From a virus (lineage: Duplodnaviria; Caudoviricetes): 64,000 nucleotides of DNA. Location of the stretch: IMG/VR virus record IMGVR_UViG_3300029305_004606, positions 64,001-128,000 of that record, one strand, 5' to 3'. The translations under genes and the position numbers were made by a program. The notes below the pieces were generated by a model that was given only the letters and a program-made list of their open reading frames with translations, was not told the origin of the DNA and made no database searches. Of the stretch, positions 52,501-61,187 are shown piece after piece; the stretch's first letter is position 1, and every line of letters starts with the position of its first letter.

Positions 52501-53024
52501 GTGGAGAAGCTCTGCATAAAGATGATATCAAAACAGATATGTTTGGTAGTCAGAAATTCAATTATATGATTGATGGTGGATGTGCAGATGGAAGAAGATT
52601 CATCAATAATTTAATAGATTTATATCTGGTTGGGACTCAGTTATTTGGAGATGTTATTATTTCTCCAAGAACTAGATTTATCGAAATTAAAGAAGATGGT
52701 TTATATGTAAACCCTGATAATTTTGCAAGTCCTGCACAGTTTATTAATCTAATAAATACTGTTAACTATTTGGTCGATGAGATTTTGGTAAAAGGTTCTG
52801 AAATTGCAGAGGACCTTAAAGTTATGACAAACATGACTCTGTTTGAAGCTAGAGTAAAGAAATGTGTTAACGAAATTACATATGATATGGAATATGTAAT
52901 TAATAATGTTTTGAATAGCGATAATTACCTTAATGGAATAAAGACTATAATAGATGATATTAATGCAGCTTTGGTTGCAGAATATAAGACAGTAATTAAT
53001 CCTTATGCATGGAAAGAACTTTAG
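49593..53024 (+). CDS. Large putative virion structural protein
   Basis: GGAGG SD before ATG 49593; late-type promoter 49558; repeated DGG/NGG motifs near C-terminus; function is inference. Confidence 0.55.
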   Translation: MAYVKNKAFTDHPLMDEICFNCKRILKGIVVKNDVLANQKETEKSIENAEMYSVYKRYGTIPFEMFPFNEDMLYTFGYTKYQVRAILQDRNAIPKEDREKLTEFANQYFLDNYFEADGRFKEENDYYRMLTGLPPYETGEEYYIYLSQSDIPNTYGKKVDLSLPLHMQDKHLINVLYSNGVIDTLRTRYRGSNYSYMLYLGDRAIDLFTARKASKWDILYIPNVEDLVKDKFIEFYRVNRDMYANRSYQEFYADTGEYYDQMMIVIVLAQTFNDLIVDTPQWYIRRDIFDLRSCQYFLESNGVEFFKIIPLKYQIRIVKNLNRLISYKSSNKNAMDILDIFDIDNTKIFKYWLYKKKIDNVNVYEDDKTFENGDNPGETGENDLDYDFGSLEEGKSKTSVVAEGDDWDFNLLATYSFDDIKGVEFDENDRVNLVDTKDTAIGQYELEFIASEINESYDDYIKESRYRTPYDDITLQDKFWDGDLEHEFVKSEILKQDFTIVGTKYMSLEYEVDLEKFQYQMSYLLGLIINSNLDTSDLVIGVPSIDEFAHFTISDLFLFLIALTNNYSVRDGRSGSETRLFDLWQGVTPEIDEKLYDWKKKYFPEFFIKKDGRVNGFNPDVDINSLVKILERRHSHYRFGHGDTENAIPLVGEEYKARAHEWIKELGVFDYTAPNYKLKSINDLIKVYHSNTKCYDILKEALNNASDQDDKKYMEYIFQELYTRDFDIDYYTDPDTGRTYENLVDIIKDHNYILYSTYHKIMQETNIESRQDTIRAVMDDVISTLQYYLSADGMDFLFSFTSNESFSSIIYYIYLMINFFKSYKVYFLDPYITFSSSNKNENNAKAIDRVEEWKYEYTKWDRAFVSDAITGISVQLYMPDKSIIELTSGDEVDIYAHHEPNLFMDYDYDGYTEDESISREDVNGGTADETKIAPYIMINGGKSYQKNIDLSNIDGGEANQYDRDYCDIDGGEALHKDDIKTDMFGSQKFNYMIDGGCADGRRFINNLIDLYLVGTQLFGDVIISPRTRFIEIKEDGLYVNPDNFASPAQFINLINTVNYLVDEILVKGSEIAEDLKVMTNMTLFEARVKKCVNEITYDMEYVINNVLNSDNYLNGIKTIIDDINAALVAEYKTVINPYAWKEL

Positions 53025-53042
53025 AATGGAGGAAATATTAAA

Positions 53043-53918
53043 ATGGTTAAAACAATCATGGCTTCAGAAGATGCTCGTGTTAAAAGAGAAGAATCCAGTT
53101 TAACTATTGAAGATAGACTTAAGGCTGGTCCTAAGAGAACAAAAGTAACTTTAATCAATCATGATACTGGTGAAACATTAGGTGTATATGAAAATAAGTT
53201 GACTATTTCTGGTTCTCAGTATAATGCTATGAGAGCATTTGGTCTTCAGGTAGCTGGTGTAGAATTTCCTAGCTACAATGATGAAATGAAATTAGATAAT
53301 ACAACTACAGCTGCACCTAAGAATGAGAAAATTGTATGTCTCTTCTGTGTATCTGATACTGGTTGTGGATCTACTCCTAAAGATGTAAAGGTTGCTTCTT
53401 ATACAGATAGAATCAATCCTGCACCTGAAAATCCTGCAAATGTGAGAGAATTTGATAGTAGCATGATTATGCCTTTCAGATTTGTAGATAAAAATAAAGA
53501 TCTTAATGATGATCTTAGAAAGTATTATTTTGGTCGTAAGACTTTTAATATTCTTAATAAGATTGGTTATTACTTTAAGACTTTCGATACAGAACCTCAG
53601 CTTTATGTAAGATATGCTGATGGTACTCCTATTACTCCGGAAATGTATAATGTACATTCTGAACAAACAGCTGAATGTTTCATTCAGACAAGATTGAGAA
53701 TTACAACTCTCGATTTTAGAGATTATTTTGAGCAGGTTCTTGGATGGGATAAGGCTAGAATTAGTTCTCTTTCTTTATGTTATGCTTGGCATGATGATAC
53801 TATTGATAAGTATAGATATTATCAGGACATTACTCCTTATTCTATCTTATATTTCTCTTATCAGTGGTTGGTAGATGCTAATGTAGCAATTGATGTACTT
53901 TACGACATTTACTATTAA
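53043..53918 (+). CDS. Putative virion structural protein
   Basis: Cotranscribed with previous gene; beta-rich, ends DVLYDIYY like jumbo-phage tail/baseplate proteins. Confidence 0.5.
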   Translation: MVKTIMASEDARVKREESSLTIEDRLKAGPKRTKVTLINHDTGETLGVYENKLTISGSQYNAMRAFGLQVAGVEFPSYNDEMKLDNTTTAAPKNEKIVCLFCVSDTGCGSTPKDVKVASYTDRINPAPENPANVREFDSSMIMPFRFVDKNKDLNDDLRKYYFGRKTFNILNKIGYYFKTFDTEPQLYVRYADGTPITPEMYNVHSEQTAECFIQTRLRITTLDFRDYFEQVLGWDKARISSLSLCYAWHDDTIDKYRYYQDITPYSILYFSYQWLVDANVAIDVLYDIYY

Positions 53919-53984
53919 AATATAGAGACCGAGGTTGTTCTATAACCTCGGTCTTTAATTATACAAAGAAGGGAGCTATATAGT

Positions 53985-55295
53985 ATGGCTAGAGTATCTA
54001 AAAACTGGGGTTCGCCTAGTCCTAATTATAAAGATATTGGATTTGATCCTAAAAATCTTAACTCTAAAACTCTCGTAGATATGATGTGTAATTTGAAACA
54101 GGAACATATTACTTCATCTTTAGTAATGAAATTATTTGGTTCATTTAAAGGAAAGAAGTTATGTAATCATTATGATACTTTTACAGTACCTGTTGGGTGT
54201 TATTCTTTTGAGAACGATAAAGGTAAAGTTGTATCTAACAAAACACCTTTTGTTACTACATTTGGCATCTGGATTTTTAATATTTTTATGATTTCAGGTT
54301 TAGGTATGGCAAAAATTGTTGGTGGATATATTAACGAAAACCTTACAAAAAAGAGTTTTAATAAAATTCATCAGCAAATTCTCAATGCTTTGATTGAAGA
54401 TAAGATTGATGTTGTTTCATATAAGAAATTTATTACTAATATCGATTTTATTATGCCTTGGGAAACTTTCTTATCTCCTGCACAATCAGAAAAACTTTTA
54501 TCTTGTACAAAAGAAATTGGTAAAATGAAAGCCAGATTAATTAAAGAAAATAAGGCTGCAGTTGATGCCGGTGATCCTGTTGTTGTAGAACAAATTGAAA
54601 AAAAGTTGTTAGATTTTGCTCTTGAATATCTTAAAGATGATCCTGCATTAGATGGATATCTTTCTGGTGCTGGTGGATCAATTGGCAATAACTTCAAAAA
54701 CATGTATGTTATGAAAGGTGTAGTTAGAGATCCCGATCCCAATACATCAAAAGAATATAATTGTGCTGTATCATCTTTCATTGATGGTATTGCTCCTGAA
54801 GAATATTCTTTATTGGCAAATTCATTGTCAGGCGGTCCTTATTCTCGTGCTAAGAAGACCGAATTAGGCGGATATTGGGAAAAGCTTATTGAAGCTGCAG
54901 AAAACACAGTAGTATTGGCTGGTAAAGGTACAGACTGTAAATCAGATAAGTATATTGAAACAGTTTTAACTGATGATTTGGTAGGTTCTTTCATGTACAG
55001 TTATGTCTTAAAAAGCGATGGTAATTTGGAAGAATTAAATTCTGAAACTATAGACAAATATAGAAATAAGAAAATTAAAGCAAGATCTACTTTATTCTGT
55101 AAAGAATATGCTAAGACTGGACATGTATGTAACATGTGTGCAGGAAACTTCTTTTATAGAAGAGGAAGTGAAAATATTGGACTTGCATGTTCTCAAATTA
55201 GTACCAAGTTAAAGCTTGTTTCAATGAAGGCTTTCCATGATTCTACTGTTAATACTACAGAAATGGATGTAATGAAAGCTTTTGGATTAAAGTAA
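53985..55295 (+). CDS. Phage RNA polymerase beta' subunit, C-terminal half
   Basis: TTFG, SSFIDGIAPEEY, bridge helix SRAKKTELGGYWEK, Zn site DCKS/RSTLFCK/VCNMCAG, trigger loop NIGL...SMKAFH. Confidence 0.88.
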   Translation: MARVSKNWGSPSPNYKDIGFDPKNLNSKTLVDMMCNLKQEHITSSLVMKLFGSFKGKKLCNHYDTFTVPVGCYSFENDKGKVVSNKTPFVTTFGIWIFNIFMISGLGMAKIVGGYINENLTKKSFNKIHQQILNALIEDKIDVVSYKKFITNIDFIMPWETFLSPAQSEKLLSCTKEIGKMKARLIKENKAAVDAGDPVVVEQIEKKLLDFALEYLKDDPALDGYLSGAGGSIGNNFKNMYVMKGVVRDPDPNTSKEYNCAVSSFIDGIAPEEYSLLANSLSGGPYSRAKKTELGGYWEKLIEAAENTVVLAGKGTDCKSDKYIETVLTDDLVGSFMYSYVLKSDGNLEELNSETIDKYRNKKIKARSTLFCKEYAKTGHVCNMCAGNFFYRRGSENIGLACSQISTKLKLVSMKAFHDSTVNTTEMDVMKAFGLK

Positions 55296-55362
55296 ATAAT
55301 ATGCTAGTAGACTGGTAATGTCTACTAGCATAAAATATAAAAATTATAATAGAGGTGAAATT

Positions 55363-55659
55363 ATGACAAAAAATGATGTAGAAAAATTGTTTGTAAAAGT
55401 GTGCACTAATAGATCGCCAGCTGTTGATTTTAAAAACGGTAAAAGAGTTCCTTTTTTATATAGAAGAAATGATTTAACCGAATTTGCTAAACAAGCATTT
55501 GAAGAGGGTAAGAATTATATATACACAGAACCTGTTAATCCTAATAATCCGTACGGTACTCAAAGAAGATGTGAACCAAAATATGTATATAAATTAAGGG
55601 ATAATTTGTCAGAAGAACAATATAAAGAACTTATTGAATCTATAAAAAATAATTGTTAA
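55363..55659 (+). CDS. Hypothetical protein
   Basis: GAGGTG SD before ATG 55363. Confidence 0.65.
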   Translation: MTKNDVEKLFVKVCTNRSPAVDFKNGKRVPFLYRRNDLTEFAKQAFEEGKNYIYTEPVNPNNPYGTQRRCEPKYVYKLRDNLSEEQYKELIESIKNNC

Positions 55660-55687
55660 GCTTTCATATTTCAATTATATATTATAA

Positions 55688-55840
55688 TACTGATACATAA
55701 GAGATTCTTTTGATTTACATATGATTTTATTCATAAATACATAGGATATTATATAATATCAAAATCTAGTTAATTGTTTTAAATAAACTTATATAAAACA
55801 CTAGATAGGTCCTGGGCGAAAGCCCAGGACTACTTTATTT
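55688..55840 (+). ncRNA. Candidate small RNA
   Basis: Promoter motif 55675-55687, internal hairpins, terminator GTCCTGGGC-GAAA-GCCCAGGAC 55810-55830; no ORF. Confidence 0.45.
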
Positions 55841-55910
55841 ATTTTTTGTTTCAATTATATATTATATTTTTGATATAAAACAAATGATACTTTTTATGGA
55901 GGTATAATCT

Positions 55911-57212
55911 ATGGATTACACAAGAGAACAATTGATCAGTATGTTACCTAGATTTGATAGGTATAACAGAGAGAAACAAACAAAAAATATAGTTGATCTT
56001 TTATCTGATAAAAATTTGTTAGATCTATATGAATTAGATAAATTAGATACTACAAGTGGTAGACGATTTTATAAGAATTATCTTTCTCATGCTAAGAAAC
56101 AATATTCTTGTTATATGAAAGATGATATTTGGTCTGGAGAAATTGATGAAAATAAAATGAGAGAAATCTTTGAAACTTATTATGTTTCTGTATTAAAAGA
56201 TTTTATCAAAATGAGACCTACATATATCTATGGTAGAGAAACAGAAGGAACACATCAGGTATTCCAAGATAGAAAAATGTATGATGATATTCTTGAATAT
56301 ATACAGAATTTATATATGAAATTTTTATCAAAAGAAAATAAAATTTGGTATATATTTATTTGTAATAATGATCCAAAGGGATTAGCTGCATGTTTCCTCA
56401 ATAAATACGGCGATGTAAAAATGGAATTATTTGATAATATGATGAATAAGATCAAAGAAGATTTAAGGTATATTAATACTATTCCTTTTATTGCAAAATG
56501 TCCAGTTAGTATATATCGTCAAGAAAATAGATTTAGAGAAGAATATTCTAGATATATAAGAGAAACAGGATTAAGAGAAATGTATGCAGAAATCAATAAA
56601 ACTAAAAATAAACAGATAAAATCTACAGATGCTATAAAAGTAATTGAAGAATTTGTTAATTCTGAAGAATATGATGCTGTAAAATATTTCTATAATGATA
56701 AATATCCTGATAGAAATTACCATAATGATGTGGAACTTGTAAAAGAGTTTGATCCTGATTTGCATGTAAGATATATAGAAAAGACTGATACTACTCATAG
56801 AACTAGATATGCTATTTTATCAGCAACAGGAAGAAAGCTTAAGGATGCTATTATTAAATCCAAATATAAATTATCATTATTAGAATTCTTTAATATTTAT
56901 AATCCTGGTACTATTGCTAATTTTTTAAATTATAAAAATAATGTAATCAAGAATCTACAACCAGATGTGTATAATGTTCTTAATTCATATCTTCGTAAAC
57001 TTAGTTTTAGACAAATCGAAATAAAAGAAATTATGGAGATGAAAGTTATTATTAATGGTAGAGAATTAGCTAATGAAGAAAAAGAAATGATACTCAAGTA
57101 TATCAAAGATAACAAATTACCTTTCATGTTTAGACTTTATAATGAAATTTATAGAGAATATATAAAAGGTAATCTTGATCTTAATAAACCATTTAAGGAG
57201 GATACTTTATAA
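55911..57212 (+). CDS. Hypothetical protein (putative early)
   Basis: Promoter motif at 55855, GGAGG SD. Confidence 0.75.
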   Translation: MDYTREQLISMLPRFDRYNREKQTKNIVDLLSDKNLLDLYELDKLDTTSGRRFYKNYLSHAKKQYSCYMKDDIWSGEIDENKMREIFETYYVSVLKDFIKMRPTYIYGRETEGTHQVFQDRKMYDDILEYIQNLYMKFLSKENKIWYIFICNNDPKGLAACFLNKYGDVKMELFDNMMNKIKEDLRYINTIPFIAKCPVSIYRQENRFREEYSRYIRETGLREMYAEINKTKNKQIKSTDAIKVIEEFVNSEEYDAVKYFYNDKYPDRNYHNDVELVKEFDPDLHVRYIEKTDTTHRTRYAILSATGRKLKDAIIKSKYKLSLLEFFNIYNPGTIANFLNYKNNVIKNLQPDVYNVLNSYLRKLSFRQIEIKEIMEMKVIINGRELANEEKEMILKYIKDNKLPFMFRLYNEIYREYIKGNLDLNKPFKEDTL

Positions 57213-57472
57213 TGACTATGGTAAAAACAGAAATTCATGGAGCAATTGTAGACAAATTTGTTATCAGACCTATCAATGGTCCTAGTGATTCTATTGTTAT
57301 GGAATCAATTGGTGATAAGAAAGAACCTGCAGTTTTTAATACTGAAGAGGATGTACAAAAGTATTTAGATTTTATGGATATTGACCAGGAAGAAAGAGCT
57401 AATATAAAGATAGATTGTACTAATATTAGTTATTTCAATAACGGTGGTATTTTGGTAGAATTTGAAGAGTAA
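57212..57472 (+). CDS. Hypothetical protein
   Basis: AAGGAGG SD, TAATG overlap. Confidence 0.7.
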   Translation: MTMVKTEIHGAIVDKFVIRPINGPSDSIVMESIGDKKEPAVFNTEEDVQKYLDFMDIDQEERANIKIDCTNISYFNNGGILVEFEE

Positions 57473-57500
57473 GTTTCAATCTACCTTGATACATAAATAT

Positions 57501-57660
57501 AACGGTGGATAGTACTCATGAAAATTTGTGCTAAGGCTCCCCGGCTGATGTATACAAATTCCATTGACAAAAATTAAATAAAATACCATAATAGTGCAAA
57601 CAGTTTTAGCAGAGTGATTTCCACCGTTGTCACTCTGCTAGAGCTAATATTTTATTTTTT
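57501..57660 (+). ncRNA. Candidate structured small RNA
   Basis: TACA-N6-TAAC at 57490; 5' AACGGTGGA complementary to terminator loop TCCACCGTT; stem 57607-57640. Confidence 0.45.
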
Positions 57661-57803
57661 ATAAAAACATTGCTTATAAAGTTTTACATTTACTAGTAGA
57701 CTTTATCGTCTACTAGAGTTTTTATTTTGTTTTATATATAGCGATTTTTCGAACTTTATATTAATATCAGTGACTAATTTAATTAGTCGGAAGGAGAGTA
57801 ATT

Positions 57804-59123
57804 ATGTCTATTTTATATGTAGAAGATTTGATTGCTTCTCGTCGAAATGATATTGTTATGAATGAAGCTTACGTTGGTAAGTCTCAGACACTGTTGGATA
57901 TAGAAAGAGAATTTAATAAGATGCGTTCTGAAAAATTAGATTTCTATTCTAATATAAGTCAGCATCCTAGCATTATCAGAATTAATCGACTTTTTGAGAA
58001 GCAATTCGGAATGTATCTTTTTGCTTTAAAGATTGATCCTACAAAAGAGCATAATGCATATACAATGGTTATTGCTAATAACTTTGATATTGCTCACTAT
58101 ACAGATCTTCCTAGTTTAGTATCAGGAACTATGTCTGAAGGTTTTCGTTGGAAAGAAGATAATGGTCTTTGTATTATTATCAATATATCTTATGGTATGC
58201 TTATTGATGAAAATCTTACAGACTCTGAATTGGTAGCTATCATATTACATGAAATTGGTCATAATTTTGCAGATGCTTTATATGGAGAAATTAATATTGC
58301 TAATAAGAAACAGATGATAGAATATGAGAAATATCTTTCTAGTTATGCTACAGTAATAGGTTTCTTACTTGCACTACCTTACTATATTAAAGCTAAACAG
58401 CTCTTAAAAGAATATAATAATAGTACAAGAGTAGAAAGAGAATCAAAACCTAAAAAGACTTCTAAATTAAGAGGTATTTTAACAGGTCTTGGTGCTAAAT
58501 GGAAAGATTATCAGTCATATAAAGCTGAAATAAGAGCAAGAAAACGTGGCGGAAAAGTTTACAGAGATGCTAAACGTAGAGCTGGAGAAGTGGCTAAAAA
58601 AGCTGCTAGAGAAGGATTAGAAAGACAAAATGAAGTTATTGCAGATAAATTTGCAGGTATATATGGATATGCTGTAGAGATTTCTTCTGCATTATCAAAA
58701 CTTACTTATCATAAATCAGAAGCTGCTAAGAAATTGGAAGCAGCTGGTGGTAGAGTAGCTGATGCTAGTAGAGACTTTGATGATGCTGTTAAAGATATTT
58801 GTGATTACGATTGTCATCCTCATCTTATACAGAGAATTAATGAAGAAATTAAGTTACTTGAAAGGGAAGTAGCTAAAGATGATATTGATCCTCGTTTCAA
58901 GGTTATTATGTATGATCAGTTAGATCAATTAAGAAGTTTATTAGCAAAGATTACTAAGACATCAAAATTATTGTCTAAGGATGAAAATGCTAAAAATGCT
59001 TATCATGATTACGTTAACAAAAATTGTCCTACTGCAGTATCAGATGAGATTGAAGATAAAATCGAACAATCTCTTGATAGATTATTTGAAGAGGATAAAA
59101 AGAAGACAAAGAAATTAAAATAA
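57804..59123 (+). CDS. Zinc metallopeptidase-like protein (HExxH), possibly an internal head protein
   Basis: LTDSELVAIILHEIGHNF, later NEVIADKFAGIYGY and HP; late-type promoter 57752. Confidence 0.7.
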   Translation: MSILYVEDLIASRRNDIVMNEAYVGKSQTLLDIEREFNKMRSEKLDFYSNISQHPSIIRINRLFEKQFGMYLFALKIDPTKEHNAYTMVIANNFDIAHYTDLPSLVSGTMSEGFRWKEDNGLCIIINISYGMLIDENLTDSELVAIILHEIGHNFADALYGEINIANKKQMIEYEKYLSSYATVIGFLLALPYYIKAKQLLKEYNNSTRVERESKPKKTSKLRGILTGLGAKWKDYQSYKAEIRARKRGGKVYRDAKRRAGEVAKKAAREGLERQNEVIADKFAGIYGYAVEISSALSKLTYHKSEAAKKLEAAGGRVADASRDFDDAVKDICDYDCHPHLIQRINEEIKLLEREVAKDDIDPRFKVIMYDQLDQLRSLLAKITKTSKLLSKDENAKNAYHDYVNKNCPTAVSDEIEDKIEQSLDRLFEEDKKKTKKLK

Positions 59124-59137
59124 ATGGAGGTATTCTC

Positions 59138-60085
59138 ATGAATGCATATGTAAGTGAATCTGTTCGTGCTATGCTTGAACAGAAACAGATTTCTAATATT
59201 TCTGAATCATTTGGTGATTATGCTTTATCAGAAGATGCTCAGGCTATTAGATCAAGAATCAATGATATTGTTACTAAAGGTTCATGTTCTATTGTTGAAA
59301 TGAATGAAGTGATTACAAGTATCAAAGATTCTAATTTATCAGAATCTACTCAAAGATTTCTGGTTAAGAAGATTTTCAACATCTTTAATGAAGCAGATGA
59401 AGAAGAATTTGTAGAAGAAGGTATTGCTTTACTTGGTAATACTAAATTTGATGGAGATCCGGTTAAAAATGCAGAATATATCGCTCTGCTTAAAGAAATG
59501 GACAAATTTGTTGCTCATCTTGTAGATTTATTAGATGCAGATTTTGATATTGCAGACGATATTCTTAATATTCTTGAAACTTCAGCTAAGAGTGCTAAGA
59601 ATAAAGAGGATATCGATAAATGTATTTCTAATTGTCTTAACAGATTTGATGCTGGAAATAAGAAATATAATCAGGATCTTTATAAGGAATATTATCAGAA
59701 GTTTGTTAAATTTAATAGAATCGGTAAGAGTTTCAATAATAGATACTCTAAGATTACTATGGCTGAAAAGAAAATTATTGATGAGAAATTTGATAAGATT
59801 CTTGGAACACTTTATGGTGATATTATCAGAGATTGGTTTAAGTTCGAAGCTTTCAACAATGATACACCTAAGACAGATAAGCTCAATGCAGCTTGGTTAA
59901 AGCTTAAAGAAATTGACAGAGATAAAACTGTTGAACTTTCTAACAGAATTCTCAATCCTATGTATAACTATCTTGCTAAGAGCTGGTCTCAGACAGTTAA
60001 CAATGTTAATTATATGAGAAAAATCTTAGGTATTGAGCTTGAAGATACTATCAAATGGAAAATTGTTCATAAATTGTATAAGTAG
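59138..60085 (+). CDS. Putative internal virion protein
   Basis: N-terminal region rich in VSES/ISES/LSED/LSES/FNEA/VEEG, like cleaved propeptides. Confidence 0.5.
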   Translation: MNAYVSESVRAMLEQKQISNISESFGDYALSEDAQAIRSRINDIVTKGSCSIVEMNEVITSIKDSNLSESTQRFLVKKIFNIFNEADEEEFVEEGIALLGNTKFDGDPVKNAEYIALLKEMDKFVAHLVDLLDADFDIADDILNILETSAKSAKNKEDIDKCISNCLNRFDAGNKKYNQDLYKEYYQKFVKFNRIGKSFNNRYSKITMAEKKIIDEKFDKILGTLYGDIIRDWFKFEAFNNDTPKTDKLNAAWLKLKEIDRDKTVELSNRILNPMYNYLAKSWSQTVNNVNYMRKILGIELEDTIKWKIVHKLYK

Positions 60086-60095
60086 AATAATAAGT

Positions 60096-60121
60096 CCGGT
60101 GGAGTGATAAACTCCACCGGA
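60096..60121. terminator. Terminator between convergent genes
   Basis: TCCGGTGGAGT...ACTCCACCGGA plus T-run. Confidence 0.75.
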
Positions 60122-60124
60122 TTT

Positions 60125-60946
60125 TTACCGTTTTATTAAACTAGGATCAAACGAAATAGGACAAATTACTTCTTTCTTTTGAACTATTGGTGTAGAATTT
60201 TTATCTTCTATACTAGGAAGAATATAATTATTATTTCTTATCTCATTCATTTGTTCAATCATAGCAGTATTAATACCAGACATATCAGGAAGCATATAGT
60301 TTTGATCAGTGATTTGATAAGTTACTCTATTTTCATCTAATATAGTAGTATTAAGAATTCTACTTTGTTTTTCTTCAGTATACTTTTCTATCCTATCTAA
60401 TATTTCTAATAAACCAGGTTCTATAAAAGGCTCATAATATTGAACAAATACATTATATCTTCCTAATACTTTGTCGGCAGGAATAAATAATCTACTAGCA
60501 TGAGATACTTGATGTACAGTTTCAGATAATGATATAAGTCCAATTATTAATTTATAATGAGCAATCATAACTTCTTTTGCTACCATTTGAACTTCAAGTG
60601 ATTCATTATAATATTTTCTCTTATTTACAACTATTTCAGTTATATCGTGAAGAGAAAAAGGATAATGATGAATTTCAATCTTAATATCAAAAGTTTCAGT
60701 ATTATCTACTCCTTGAATAAAAGCACATTGATTCATTTGCATATAATCTCTTATATATGCTATAAATCTTCTATATTCAAAACTTCTTCTTACAGACTTT
60801 TCTATATCATCTATATAATGCTTATAACTTTTTTCATCTTCTAGACAATAACATTCAAAATCACATACCGGTATTTCTGCATTTGCAATTATAATTTTAT
60901 TTGGTAGATTACTTTCTTGTATTTGTATTCCATCAGGATCAATCAT
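60125..60946 (-). CDS. Hypothetical protein, HNH-like His pattern; paralog of 48719-49492
   Basis: RRSFEYRRF...QCAF...IEIHH...LHDI...LSETVHQ. Confidence 0.7.
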   Translation of the reverse strand: MIDPDGIQIQESNLPNKIIIANAEIPVCDFECYCLEDEKSYKHYIDDIEKSVRRSFEYRRFIAYIRDYMQMNQCAFIQGVDNTETFDIKIEIHHYPFSLHDITEIVVNKRKYYNESLEVQMVAKEVMIAHYKLIIGLISLSETVHQVSHASRLFIPADKVLGRYNVFVQYYEPFIEPGLLEILDRIEKYTEEKQSRILNTTILDENRVTYQITDQNYMLPDMSGINTAMIEQMNEIRNNNYILPSIEDKNSTPIVQKKEVICPISFDPSLIKR

Positions 60947-61187
60947 TATCAGTATCCTCCTTTTTATTTTACATTTAAACTTTTATATAGATATCAATTA
61001 TCGTTTAATTATAATGATATATAATTTATAATATATACAATTATCATATTTTTAATAACTCTCTACGATAAAGTTTTAATTAAGTGTATTTTCAAGATAT
61101 TTTTAACATTATTCAATATAATTATATATTATAATTAAGATATAAAGATGATACTATATTAATATTATACAGAAAGGATATTATAAT

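Noticed and set aside
2346-55295. Group I introns or inteins in RNAP, PolB or NrdD as in AR9
   Set aside because: Motif spacing is continuous; no intein ends or homing-endonuclease inserts seen
60947-61187. Extremely AT-rich stretch as replication origin
   Set aside because: Adequately explained as divergent promoter region; no iterons or distinctive structure
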